DNA of 64,000 nucleotides, taken from contig NC_068981.1 of the NCBI RefSeq assembly GCF_001194135.2, positions 2,680,952-2,744,951 on the forward strand, given 5' to 3'. The notes under the pieces were generated by a model. It was not told the origin of the DNA, searched no databases, and was given only the letters and a program-made list of their open reading frames with translations. This document shows positions 62,131 through 64,000 of this stretch, in pieces; position 1 is the first letter of the stretch, and each line of letters opens with the position of its first letter. This DNA comes from Octopus bimaculoides (taxonomy: Eukaryota). Position numbers and translations under genes: made by a program.

Positions 62131-62551
62131 TGGGTGAGAAATTTACTTTGTAACCATGTGGTTTTGGGACCACATCTACTATGTGGCATCCTGGACAAGT
62201 GTCTTCTACTATAACCTTTGGTCAACCAGAGCTTTGTGAATAGATTTGATCGATGGAAACTGAAAGAAGCCAGTTGTGTGCATGGTCCATACATGCATGT
62301 CTGTGTGTTTGTCCACATTTGTGCTTCTCTCCCCCGATCGTGGTCGTTGCCAGCCTCCTCTGGCCCCAGTGCTGGTGGCACGTAAAAAGCACCCACTACA
62401 CTCTCAGAGTGGTTGGTGTTAGGAAGGGCATCCAGCTGTAGAAACACTGCCAGATCAGACTGGAGCCTGGTGCGGCCTCCTGGCTTCCAAGACCCCAGTC
62501 GAACCATCCAACCCATGCCAGCAAGGAAAACAGACGTTAAACAATGATGAG
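62131..62551 (+). mobile_element. SINE family B 5' half (~62131-62330) followed by RTE 3' tail (~62335-62551)
   Basis: ggtgcaagtatggctg...ggacaagtgtcttctact...ggaaactgaaagaagcc; then gtcgttgccag...ggtggcacgtaaaaagcacccactacactc...gacgttaaacaatgatg. Confidence 0.82.
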
Positions 62552-63649
62552 GATTTGTTACTTCTATAGAAGATCAACAGCCCCTTTTGAACTTTCTCTC
62601 ACCCTTCCATCAGTGTTTCCAGCAAAAATGTGTTGAGATGTCTACAAGTAATGTAAATTTTCTCTTTTCTCCCCCTTTATTATGAAAGGGTTTGAATTGT
62701 TCTCATTAGTTTGTATATTGTAATAAATACTTTATTCCTAATACCCATGGTCCCTCAAACAGTTGCAACTATTACAAGAGCGGTAATCATTTCCTCATAA
62801 TCTGAAGTAGGATTATAAGTTTGAAATTGAAATTAAGGAATTATAAGGAAGAAGATGCATAGATTGCATATATTAATTTACATCATTGCTATTATGCAAA
62901 AGTGTCGTAAGTCCAAAACGTTACTTTTTCAGAAAATGAAAAAATAGATCCACCATTCCATTTCTTTTTAAATTAGCAACAGTTTCATCCTAACAATAAT
63001 ACTCTGTTGGGTGCATAAAATCGTAACTCTATGCATGCATGATATTTTCAGTCAGAAATATTTTTGCAAAACTGTTGTATGTGGGACTTACTACATTTTT
63101 GAAAAATACTAAACCATTGTACTACACTTTGATAATTTTTCATCTAAGCAGCTGGAGATACGATAGTTTGACCAAAGGAACTGGCTATTGCAAGCAAAAT
63201 TAAATATTGATAAAAATGCCTTTGGCCAAATTTGGACATACGACAGTTTAACATAATAGCAACAATATATATTTATTTACTTTATACAAAGTTCTTATTA
63301 TTCTTACATTTGCATATTTTTCTTCATGTGAACTTTTTTTATAAAAGTCATATTTGTAAGGGCACCAAAATTCAGCTTGCTCACCATCCTAGCAACCCTA
63401 GAGCCAGCCCTACTTATAAAGTTGCTGCTTTACTCATTCTCGTCAGGAAGCATTAAACAGATAAGACAAAGGATCTCCACCAATCTGTATATTTAATCTT
63501 TTCAAAAGATCAGAAACTCTTTCCCTCTGGATTGCTAATCTGAGACAAAAATTTTAAGTCGTGTCAATGACACATTGAAAAATCAGATTTTTCTAGCCAT
63601 TCAATCATATTAATGACAACTTATTTGTAACTGATAACATGTAGCTACT

Positions 63650-63896
63650 CTCTTTTACTTGTTTCAGTCATTTGACTGTGGCCATGCTGGAGCACCGCCT
63701 TTTGTCGAAGAAATTTACCCCAGGACTTATTCTTTGTAAGCCTAGTACTTATTCTATCGGTCTCTTTTGCCGAACTACTAAGTTACGGAGACGTAAACAC
63801 ACCAGCATCGGTTGTCAAGCGATGTTGGGGTACAAACACAGACACACAAACTTATACACACACATACGTATATATATATATATATATATATACATA
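63650..63896 (-). mobile_element. SINE family B 3' half, interrupted in its microsatellite by a mini-Helitron
   Basis: ttttacttgtttcagtcatttgactgtggccatgctggagcaccgcc...ggtacaaacacagacac. Confidence 0.92.
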
Positions 63897-63987
63897 CTAG
63901 CAGAAATACCCGGCGTTGCCCGGGTTAAAGAGAATAATGAAATCTAAAAACGCCGTCTAGACTACGCATCATCTTTATATATAGAGA
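63897..63987 (-). mobile_element. 91-bp non-autonomous mini-Helitron
   Basis: Minus strand A|TCTCTATATATAAAG...ACCCGG-GCAACG-CCGGGT-atttctg-CTAG|T: 5' TC, GC hairpin 7 nt before 3' CTAG, A|T target, no TSD. Confidence 0.85.
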
Positions 63988-64000
63988 TGTATATACACAC

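Overview
AT-rich, repeat-dense eukaryotic (animal) DNA with two sized assembly gaps (21943-22208, 34237-34544). The SINE/LINE repertoire and (ATC)n-tailed repeats match what I recognise from Octopus genomes (taxon inferred, not proven). One confident host exon is present: a 261-bp phase 0/0 TPR-encoding exon at 15778-16038 (+), resembling the N-terminal TPRs of TTC28. A weaker frame-compatible upstream exon candidate lies at 1129-1247. The rest looks intronic and is filled with at least four tRNA-headed SINE families, many 5'-truncated RTE LINE 3' ends with a hairpin-unit tandem array, CR1-type LINE fragments, two decayed mariner transposons, hAT and piggyBac-type MITEs, a Helentron/DINE-like element and a 91-bp mini-Helitron. 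The most interesting signal is a tRNA-headed SINE family (3 copies) carrying a Penelope-type minimal hammerhead ribozyme: one core is intact (9325-9370, minus) and two are mutated. Several other decayed hammerhead cores are scattered through the window. Multiple long inverted repeats could form dsRNA in the host pre-mRNA. Nearly all ORFs in the supplied track are spurious (microsatellites, N-gaps, antisense to TEs). Identities were counted by eye; family names come from motif recognition, not database searches.
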